A DNA stretch of 58,127 nt from Solirubrobacterales bacterium (GTDB lineage Bacteria; Actinomycetota; Thermoleophilia; Solirubrobacterales; 70-9), in the NCBI GenBank assembly GCA_049790835.1, contig JBAQZI010000147.1, positions 1 to 58,127 on the forward strand, in the 5' to 3' direction. The notes below the pieces were generated by a model. It made no database searches, was not told where the DNA came from, and saw only the letters and a program-made list of their open reading frames with translations. The position numbers were made by a program, and so were the translations under genes. This document shows positions 1 to 6,552 of this stretch, in pieces (position 1 is the first letter of the stretch; each line of letters begins with the position of its first letter).

Positions 1-554
1 GCTCCGCGCCCGTCGCCGATCCGCGGTCCCCAGCGGCCAACGATGCGGCGCTCGATCGTGACCGCGCGCTGGGCCTCGATCAGCTGCCCAACCACCGCGG
101 CCGCCAGCGCCTCCCAGGGCCAGACCCGGCGCCGGGGGCGGAAGCTCGGCATGCGGCGGATCAGCGGCCCGACCAGCGGGTCACGGCGAAAACGGCGGTG
201 AAACTCGCCGAGGTCGTAATCGAGCCCGAGCACGAAGCGCATCCGCTCGATCGCCAGCTCCAGCTCGGCCGTGCCCGCCGGAACAGGGTCGCGATCGCGG
301 GCGAGCGGCAGCGTCACCCGGCCCGGATCGACCGCCTCAGCCCGTACGACGACGCGGTCGGGGGCCGGCTGCCAGGCCCGCACCAGCACCGGGCTGGCCT
401 CGACGTGCAGCAGCCGCGTCGCCACCCCACCCTGAATCCAAAGCGTCCGATCCTCACTCCCCCGCGGCAGCGCATAGGGCGAAGCCGGCCGCACCTCGAC
501 CTCCAGCGGGCCCGTGGGCCGATATGTCGAGTCAGCCGCGACTTTTCGGCCCAT
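1..554 (-). CDS. HhH-GPD base-excision DNA glycosylase (AlkA / 3-methyladenine glycosylase II-like); 3' end lies outside the window
   Basis: Own minus-strand translation from ATG 554: MGRKVAADSTYRPTGPLEVEVRPASPYALPRG...FRPRRRVWPWEALAAAVVGQLIEAQRAVTIERRIVGRWG. The PWEAL-AV-GQ-I-A-I-RI stretch is typical of the HhH-GPD fold. The ORF is not in the track because it has no stop in the window. Alternative in-frame GTG start at 494. Confidence 0.6.
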   Translation of the reverse strand, partial: MGRKVAADSTYRPTGPLEVEVRPASPYALPRGSEDRTLWIQGGVATRLLHVEASPVLVRAWQPAPDRVVVRAEAVDPGRVTLPLARDRDPVPAGTAELELAIERMRFVLGLDYDLGEFHRRFRRDPLVGPLIRRMPSFRPRRRVWPWEALAAAVVGQLIEAQRAVTIERRIVGRWGPRIGDGRG

Positions 555-559
555 CGGCC
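509..559. repeat. 51-nt nested palindromic repeat, copy 1 (family GGCCGAYGGGCCG-N25-CGGCCCRTCGGCC)
   Basis: GGCCCGTGGGCCG ATATGTCGAGTCAGCCGCGACTTTT CGGCCCATCGGCC. About 40/51 nt match the reverse complement of the glpK copy, with the same length and architecture. It overlaps the ATG (554) of the AlkA-like ORF. Confidence 0.8.
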
Positions 560-564
560 GGCGG

Positions 565-879
565 TTAGCGGCCGAGGAGGTGGACGTCTACGAGGAAGGA
601 GCGGCTGGCGACGACGTTCTGGCGGTCGCGGCGACGGCTGAGACGCCGCGGCGCACGAGACTTCGAGCCGACCGCGCTGACCGCCCGCACGGCGGCGACG
701 GTCGCGGCGCCGGCCAAGACTCCACCGGCGGCGGCGATAGCGGCGCTGCGAACCTCGGCACGCAGCACCGGCAACGGCGGCTCCTCATAAGGCAGCGGCA
801 ACGCCCGCACCGGCTCAGCGTCCCGCGCCTCACCGTCTTCCTCAGCCACGATCTCACCGTCTAGGTCGAGGTCACTCAC
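565..879 (-). CDS. hypothetical small protein (acidic N-terminus, Ala/Gly-rich hydrophobic segment, basic C-terminus)
   Basis: 104-aa ORF with GTG start and good third-position GC. It ends 10 nt upstream of the AlkA-like start, so it is probably co-transcribed. No recognisable family. Confidence 0.4.
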   Translation of the reverse strand: MSDLDLDGEIVAEEDGEARDAEPVRALPLPYEEPPLPVLRAEVRSAAIAAAGGVLAGAATVAAVRAVSAVGSKSRAPRRLSRRRDRQNVVASRSFLVDVHLLGR

Positions 880-957
880 CCCTTCGACTCTAGCGACGGT
901 CGGGGTCGCCTCCCCCCGCGCTCACCGCAAATAGCGAACATTGGGGAACGCCACGTG

Positions 958-1077
958 AGGAGGGGTTGGGTGTCCCTGTAGCGCGCGGCGTCCCGATTTT
1001 CGCCCCTCCCGGTCGGCGAGAGAGGCGAGGCTCCCGGCGAAAATCCCAGCAAGCGAAAGGGACACCCAACCCCTCCC
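958..1077. repeat. about 120-nt nested palindromic element (possible terminator or REP-like element)
   Basis: Outer arms GGAGGGGTTGGGTGTCCC (958-976) and GGGACACCCAACCCCTCC (1059-1077). Inner arms GATTTTCGCC / GGCGAAAATC. Lies between the 3' end of the GNAT gene and the 5' end of the 565..879 gene. Confidence 0.7.
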
Positions 1078-1090
1078 CCAAGCCTTCGTC

Positions 1091-2227
1091 CTACAACGCC
1101 CGCTCGTACAGCCGGTACTTCTTGACGACCTCTCCGCCCATCCCTTCCATGGCGCGGTTCATCGGCTTGTTCGTCTCCAGGATCCAGCCCATCTCGCCGC
1201 CGATGATGCCGCCGGGGACCGCCGCCTCCTCCAGGTGCCGGAGATAGAGCCCGGCGGCGATGCCGGAGTGGCGGTACTCGTCCTTCACTCCCAGCGCGAA
1301 GACGCGGCACTGGTCGATCTTGCCCTTGCCAAACAGGAACTTGGCCCAACCGAAGGGCAGCAGGCGCCCATTCAGCTTCGCCATCACCTGGTTGATGTCG
1401 GGCAGGGTAAGAGCGGCGCCAACCACCTCGCCCTCTTTCTCGGCCATGTAGGCCCAGTTCTCGTCGATCACCTGCTTCAGGTTCTTGGCCTGGAACTCGA
1501 CCTCGGCGTCGGTGATCGGGACGAAGCCCCAGTTATCTCCCCAGGCCTCGTTGTAGACGTCGGTGAAGCGCCGCACCTCGGCCGCCATTTCGCTCTTGCG
1601 CAGATTGCGGATGACGATCCCTTCGTCCTCGAGCGCCTTCTTGGCGGCGGCGTGGATCGAGGGATCGAAGCTCGTCCCCTCTTTGAGGTTGCCGAACTGC
1701 AGCTCCCACATCAGCACGTCCATCGTCTTCGCGAAGCCCTCGGCCTCGATCAGCTCCTTGTAGAAGGGCGGGTGCCAGGGCTCGAGGATCATCGGCCGCC
1801 GCTCGTAGCCCTCGATCAGGACCCCGATCTCGTCGTTGGTGGTGAAGTCCATCGGTCCGAGGATGCGGGTGCGGCCATGGGCCGCCGCCCACTCGCTAGC
1901 GGCGTCGAGCAGGGCCTTTGCCACGGCAGCGTCCTCGGCGGTCTCGAAGAAGCCGAACATCGCGTCGCCGCCGCCCTGGTACTCGTCCCAGCGGTGATCG
2001 ATCTGGGCGCTGATCCGGCCGACCGGTTCGCCGTCGCGCTCGGCGACGAACAGCTCCACCTCGGCATGATCGAAGTAGGGGTTCTTCTTCGGATCGAGGA
2101 ACTGCATCCGCTCGAAGACCAGTGGCGCCACCCACTGCGGGCGGGCGCGATGAAGTGCGAACGGAACCTTGACGAAGCGCTTGCGCTCGCGGCGCGTTCG
2201 CACCGGCCGGATCGACACGCTTGCCAT
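1091..2227 (-). CDS. GNAT-family N-acyltransferase (large, 378 aa, uncharacterised subfamily)
   Basis: Clean ORF. The C-terminal part (VFALGVKDEYRHSGIAAGLYLRHLEEA) resembles a GNAT acyl-CoA binding core. ATG start at 2227. Confidence 0.6.
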   Translation of the reverse strand: MASVSIRPVRTRRERKRFVKVPFALHRARPQWVAPLVFERMQFLDPKKNPYFDHAEVELFVAERDGEPVGRISAQIDHRWDEYQGGGDAMFGFFETAEDAAVAKALLDAASEWAAAHGRTRILGPMDFTTNDEIGVLIEGYERRPMILEPWHPPFYKELIEAEGFAKTMDVLMWELQFGNLKEGTSFDPSIHAAAKKALEDEGIVIRNLRKSEMAAEVRRFTDVYNEAWGDNWGFVPITDAEVEFQAKNLKQVIDENWAYMAEKEGEVVGAALTLPDINQVMAKLNGRLLPFGWAKFLFGKGKIDQCRVFALGVKDEYRHSGIAAGLYLRHLEEAAVPGGIIGGEMGWILETNKPMNRAMEGMGGEVVKKYRLYERAL

Positions 2228-2253
2228 GGGGGCCGCAACCTACACTCTGCTCG

Positions 2254-3510
2254 ATGAGCGAGACCGCGAAGGCCCCGGTCGACGTCTTCGAGAAGGCCCG
2301 CAGCCACGACCGGCTCGAGCAGCTCGAAGCGGCGAAGGAGCACGACCTCCTCCCCTACTTCCGCCTGCTCACCTCGGAGGCTGGCCCGGTGGTCGAGATG
2401 GAGGGGCGAGAGACGATCATGCTCGGCTCCAACAACTACCTCGGCCTGACCGGCGACGAGCGCGTCAAGGGCGCCGCCCGCGACGCGCTCGAGACCTACG
2501 GCACCGGCGTCACCGGCTCGCGGCTGCTCAACGGCACCACTCCCTTGCACGTCGACCTCGAGCGCGAGCTGGCCGAGTGGATGCGGACCGAGGACGCGAT
2601 CGTCTTCACCACCGGCTACCAGGCCAACGTCGGCTGCATCGGCACCATCCTCGGCCCCGCCGACACCGTCATCTGCGACTCCGGCGACCACGCCTCGATC
2701 CTCGACGGCTGCCGCCTCTCCGGCGCCAAGCTGCGCCCCTTCCGCCACAACCGCATGGACAAGCTGGAGAAGATGCTGCAGCGGGCGGCAGAGGACGGCG
2801 GCGGCGTGCTCGTCGTCGTCGACGGCGTCTTCTCGATGGAGGGCGATGTCTGCGACCTGCCGCGAATCGTCGAGCTCTGCAAGGCGCACGGGGCGCGGCT
2901 GATGGTCGACGAGGCGCACGGGGCCGGTGTGCTCGGCGCCCGCGGCGCCGGCGCCAGCGAGCTCTTCGGCCTCGAGGGCGAGGTCGACCTGCGGATGGGC
3001 ACCTTCTCCAAGAGCCTGGCTTCCTGCGGCGGCTTCATCGCCGGCCCGGCCGACGTGATCGAGTACCTGCGGATCAGCTCGCGCTCCTTCGTCTTCAGCG
3101 CCTCGGCGGTGCCGGCGGCGGTCGGCGCGGCGCTGGCGGCGCTGCGGGTGATCCGCGCGGACGGCCCGCGGCTGTTCGAGGCGCTGCTCGCGAACTCCGA
3201 GTACCTGCGCGAAGGGCTGCGGCACCTTGGCCTTCAGCTGATTGAGCCGGGCACGCTGCCCGACGGCACCGTCGCCACCACCCCGGTGGTGCCGGTGATG
3301 GTCGGCGACGACTGGCAGGCGGTGCTGCTCTGGAAGGCCCTCTTCGACGCCGGCGTCTACACCAACGTCGCGATCCACCCGGCCGTGCCGCCGGGCGGGG
3401 CGTTGCTGCGGACCAGCCTGATGGCGACCCACGAGCGCGAGCATCTCGACGGCGCCCTCGCCACGATCGCCCAGGTGATCGAGGACTTCCCGGAGCTGCC
3501 GCGATCGTAA
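2254..3510 (+). CDS. alpha-oxoamine synthase family PLP enzyme (8-amino-7-oxononanoate synthase / serine palmitoyltransferase-like)
   Basis: Motifs LGSNNYLGL, GSRLLNGT, DEAHGAGVLG and GTFSKSL (PLP lysine) are typical of the AONS/KBL/SPT family. ATG 2254 is preferred over the track TTG 2221, which would overlap the divergent GNAT start. Confidence 0.85.
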   Translation: MSETAKAPVDVFEKARSHDRLEQLEAAKEHDLLPYFRLLTSEAGPVVEMEGRETIMLGSNNYLGLTGDERVKGAARDALETYGTGVTGSRLLNGTTPLHVDLERELAEWMRTEDAIVFTTGYQANVGCIGTILGPADTVICDSGDHASILDGCRLSGAKLRPFRHNRMDKLEKMLQRAAEDGGGVLVVVDGVFSMEGDVCDLPRIVELCKAHGARLMVDEAHGAGVLGARGAGASELFGLEGEVDLRMGTFSKSLASCGGFIAGPADVIEYLRISSRSFVFSASAVPAAVGAALAALRVIRADGPRLFEALLANSEYLREGLRHLGLQLIEPGTLPDGTVATTPVVPVMVGDDWQAVLLWKALFDAGVYTNVAIHPAVPPGGALLRTSLMATHEREHLDGALATIAQVIEDFPELPRS

Positions 3511-3535
3511 CTCGCCGGTAACCGATTCTTGACAT

Positions 3536-3548
3536 CCCCCGTCGGGGG
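3536..3548 (+). terminator. short GC hairpin CCCCC-GTC-GGGGG followed by TAGTTT (candidate terminator of the AONS-like gene)
   Basis: Seen 26 nt after stop 3510. The stem is only 5 bp and the T-tract is weak. Confidence 0.3.
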
Positions 3549-3643
3549 TAGTTTCAGGCTTGTCGGATCGGGAACGAGGTTCGGCTGAACCCGAAATTGA
3601 TGCTCTTAGCGGGTGCGCCGAGGCGCGCGGTCCTCACCGCGGG

Positions 3644-3673
3644 TTGACGGCCGCTACCCCCACGGCATAGCTT
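3644..3673 (+). promoter_or_regulatory. candidate sigma-A type promoter TTGACG-N18-TAGCTT upstream of the mIHF-like gene
   Basis: -35 TTGACG at 3644-3649 and -10 TAGCTT at 3668-3673. This would give a leader of about 130 nt. Confidence 0.3.
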
Positions 3674-3810
3674 GAGCTTCTCGCCGAGCACCCCGGGCGG
3701 GGTGGACGAATTGAGAACTCGATCCGACCCGGGCCACGGTCCCCAAGCCAGTGGTCCTCGGTCCGAAGCGAGATACCCAGTTAACCGATTCCTTGAAGGG
3801 AGGAGTCCCA

Positions 3811-4182
3811 GTGGACGCTGCCTCTACGGCACCCGCAACGACGATCGCATCTTCGGTGGAGGCCCCGCAGCACATGAGGGCACTCGAGCGAGCAAACCTG
3901 GTCCGGCTCGCACGGGCGGAGCTGAAGCGCTCGATAGCGCGGGGAGACGCCGACCCGTCGGAGGTGATCCGCGATTGTCCGTGGGAGACGGAGAGCATGA
4001 CCATCGCCGAGCTGCTGACCAGCCAGCGCCGCTGGGGACGCACCCGCGCCCGCAAGTTCCTGCTGCCGCTTTCGCTGAACGAGAACAAGCAGCTGGGCAC
4101 GCTGACCTCACGCCAGCGCCGGCTGCTCTCGGCCGAGCTCGCCTCCCGCTCCTCGAGCGGGCGTGAGGCGCTGACCGCGTAG
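3811..4182 (+). CDS. mihF: actinobacterial integration host factor (mIHF/MihF-like nucleoid protein)
   Basis: ALERANLVRLARAELKRSIARGDADPSEVIRD...MTIAELLTSQRRWGRTRARKFL...LGTLTSRQRRLLSAEL aligns along its length with my recollection of M. tuberculosis mIHF. GTG 3811 is preceded by GGGAGGAG. Confidence 0.7.
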   Translation: MDAASTAPATTIASSVEAPQHMRALERANLVRLARAELKRSIARGDADPSEVIRDCPWETESMTIAELLTSQRRWGRTRARKFLLPLSLNENKQLGTLTSRQRRLLSAELASRSSSGREALTA

Positions 4183-4189
4183 AAGGACC

Positions 4190-4675
4190 TCAGCCGCGCA
4201 TTCCACCGACCCGGAAGCTGAGGCCTCCGGAGGCGCGCTGGAATGCGCGGCGCGCGAGGTAGAAGGCGATCGCGAAGGCGACCGCGCCGACCGCGAGCGC
4301 CACCGCCAGGATCTGGTCGGCGAGGTAGAAGAGCCCGCCGACCGTGAAGACGAAGACCGCCCCCGCCAGCAGGGTGGTGTGGGAGCGGTAGCCGGCGAGG
4401 TGCTCGCGGATCGCGACCTCGATGCCGCCGAGCCCGGCCAGGGCGACGCCGATCCCGATCGCGGTCGGGTGCCCGCCGACGACGCCGATGATCAGCGAGA
4501 CGATGCCGGCGAGGATCGTCAGCTCGGCAAGAGGCACTTTTCCCCACGGAGCGGGTGGGCGATCGTCGGGAGTGGCGACGCGTAGCGCCGGCTTCGGCGC
4601 GCCGACCGCCGCCTTCTCGGGCGGCGCCGCTCGCTTCGGTCGCTTTCCCTTGCGCTTCTTGCTCAACGGCCGCAA
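4190..4675 (-). CDS. hypothetical integral membrane protein (basic N-terminus, 4 predicted TM segments)
   Basis: 161-aa ORF with TTG start, hydrophobic helices and good GC3. Confidence 0.6.
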   Translation of the reverse strand: MRPLSKKRKGKRPKRAAPPEKAAVGAPKPALRVATPDDRPPAPWGKVPLAELTILAGIVSLIIGVVGGHPTAIGIGVALAGLGGIEVAIREHLAGYRSHTTLLAGAVFVFTVGGLFYLADQILAVALAVGAVAFAIAFYLARRAFQRASGGLSFRVGGMRG

Positions 4676-4684
4676 GCCGCCCGG

Positions 4685-5150
4685 CTAACGGGCATCCCGA
4701 CGAGACCTTGACCCGCCACCAGCCCATCAGCATCCCGAGCGGACCGAGGCGGGGGCGGGAATGCCAGTGGCCGCAACCCGGCAGACCGAGGTCGTCACGG
4801 CTCACCTGGACCCACTTGAAGTCCGCCGGCGAGGCCAGCATCTGACTCAGCAGCTCGTGGTTGGCGGTCTCGAACCGGGCCCGCTCGCGCAGGGCCAGCC
4901 GCGCCTCGGCGACGCGCTCGGCGAGGTCGTCGCGCAGCTGCTCGAGGTCGCCGAGACCAAGCACCCTGGGCTCGCCGCTGACGGCGGCAACCCGGTGTGG
5001 GATCTCAACCCGGCCGAAAGCCTCGGCGAAGAGACCGGCGAGCGCGCGCTCGAGGCGGCCGACCTGCCGCCGCAGCTCGACCCGGGCAAGGCGCTCGTCG
5101 ACCTCGACGTGGAGCCCGTTCAGGCTGTCTCTTTCGAGCAGATCCGGCAT
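4685..5150 (-). CDS. hypothetical coiled-coil protein ending ...GWWRVKVSSGCP; its stop codon is apparently displaced by 1 nt
   Basis: The first 154 codons are protein-like with high GC3. After CCG (4691-4689) GC3 collapses, and the frame stays open to 3654 as Arg-rich junk crossing two other genes. A TAG (4687-4685) is 1 nt out of frame. Confidence 0.5.
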
Positions 5151-5215
5151 CGGCCTGGCTCTGAGTGTAGATCACCGCCCAGCCGCGGCAAGCCAAAAAC
5201 CGGTTAAGGCCGCGG

Positions 5216-5890
5216 CTAAGGGCTGGCCGCCTCGACCGTAGCCGCGGCCATCCAGAGCGCCTCGGAGACCGCGATCTGCGGCACCCCGTTGACCTGCACC
5301 GCGACGATCGCCAGGCGGCGGCTCTCCGGCTCGACCCCATAGCCCTCGCCGGTGGTCCCGAACAGCAGCCCCACCGGGCTCTGCTCGTCGGCGATCGTCA
5401 GCGTCCCCTGCGAGAGCTCGCCGGGCCGGCCAGGCAGCGCCTCGCCGGGAGCCGAGTCGCGGATGCAGAGGCTGCCATTGAGCCGGTCCGCGTCGAAGGC
5501 GCGCAGGGCGACGCCGGTCTCCACGGTGGCGACGGTGAGCGCGTCGGCGGGCAGGCCGTTGCTCTTGAACGCACCCTCGCGGATGCGTTCGAAGGCAAGC
5601 TGCTCGATCGGGGTCCGGGTGCGATCGGGGTCGAGCCCGATCTGACGGTAGAAGACCCGGTAGGCCCAAGGGATCGGTCGTTCGCGCATGCGGATCGCCT
5701 GGGCGCCGTAGAAGCGATCGGAGAGGTCACGAAGGCGGCGGCGGACCGGCTCGGAGCTGCGGCCGGGACGGGCGTCGACCTCGACCCAGGCAATCCCCAG
5801 GCCGGGAAACTCGGCTGCGATGCGCGGCGCCACCCAGCCCTGCTCCGGCGCCGGGTCCCAGCCCATCCGCGGCTCGGACACGGGGCTCAC
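5216..5890 (-). CDS. B3/B4 (PheT-like tRNA-binding) domain protein
   Basis: IPWAYRVFYRQIGLDPDRTRTPIEQL...LPADALTVATVETGVALRAFDADRL.GSLCIR.A.PGE matches the pattern of stand-alone B3_4 domain proteins. The GTG start overlaps the upstream stop (GTGA). Confidence 0.6.
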   Translation of the reverse strand: MSPVSEPRMGWDPAPEQGWVAPRIAAEFPGLGIAWVEVDARPGRSSEPVRRRLRDLSDRFYGAQAIRMRERPIPWAYRVFYRQIGLDPDRTRTPIEQLAFERIREGAFKSNGLPADALTVATVETGVALRAFDADRLNGSLCIRDSAPGEALPGRPGELSQGTLTIADEQSPVGLLFGTTGEGYGVEPESRRLAIVAVQVNGVPQIAVSEALWMAAATVEAASP

Positions 5891-6552
5891 CGGCTCCCTG
5901 CCGCCGCCGCCCGGCTGGCGTCCAGCAACCGCTCCACACGGGCCGCAAGCTGCGCCTCGGTGAGATCGCCGATGCTGGCGCTGTCGAGGGTTCCACCGGG
6001 GTAGACGTAGGCGAAGGTCGGGCAGCCGCCGACCTTGTAGAGGCTGGCGACAGCGCCATCGCGGTCATATCCGACCGGCAGCTGCCAGCCATGCTGGCGG
6101 ACCAGGTCGCGAACGGTGTCGGGGTCGTCGCGCACGTTCAGCGAGAGGAAGTTCACCCGTCCACGGTAGCGCCGGTAGACCGCATCGACGATGTCCTGCT
6201 GGTCGGCGCAGTCGCCGCCTTTGGTGAACCAGAACGAGATCACCAGCGGCCGCTCGAAGAAGTCGCAGACGCGGATCGCGCCGGCGCTGTCGATCTGGCA
6301 GGCGGGCGTCCGGCGGGCGTCCTCGGGGCAGGGCAGGGCCGAGCTTTCGCAGTCGTCCTGGGCGACGTTGGCATCGCCTTCGAGATCGCCCGGGGTGGCC
6401 GGAACGGCGAACTCCGGCAGCGGCCAGCGCGGCGGCTGGCGATCGAGGCCGAGCGTCCCCTCGCCGCCGCCGCTGTTCAGCGTCCCGATCGTGGCGACGA
6501 CGATCACGGTGAGGAAGAGCAGGCCGACGATGACCGAGTAGCGGTCCCTCAT
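5887..6552 (-). CDS. membrane-anchored thioredoxin-fold (TlpA/redoxin-like) protein with a degenerate active site
   Basis: Internal start MRDRYSVIVGLLFLTVIVV (signal anchor). It has FWFTKGGDCADQQ in place of the usual WC-x-x-C motif, plus a later GCPTFAY. ATGA overlap with the MMPL stop. Confidence 0.6.
   Translation of the reverse strand: MRDRYSVIVGLLFLTVIVVATIGTLNSGGGEGTLGLDRQPPRWPLPEFAVPATPGDLEGDANVAQDDCESSALPCPEDARRTPACQIDSAGAIRVCDFFERPLVISFWFTKGGDCADQQDIVDAVYRRYRGRVNFLSLNVRDDPDTVRDLVRQHGWQLPVGYDRDGAVASLYKVGGCPTFAYVYPGGTLDSASIGDLTEAQLAARVERLLDASRAAAAGSR

Noticed and set aside
1816-3444. Very long ORFs on the opposite strand or in alternative frames of real genes. Examples are 1816..3444, 7690..9108, 16316..18331, 18377..19822, 24804..26132, 33472..37023, 41919..44078, 52619..54208 and 30616..31908.
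   Set aside because: Their translations are Arg/Pro/Gly/Ala-rich low-complexity strings, typical of non-coding frames in DNA of about 70% GC. Each overlaps a gene with clear family motifs and better third-position GC.
3519-3791. A 10-nt AT-rich direct repeat, TAACCGATTC, followed by (C)TTGA at both ends of the mIHF upstream region (3519-3528 and 3782-3791).
   Set aside because: It is real in the sequence, but it is only one short pair with no dyad symmetry. I cannot distinguish it from chance without genome-wide motif statistics.
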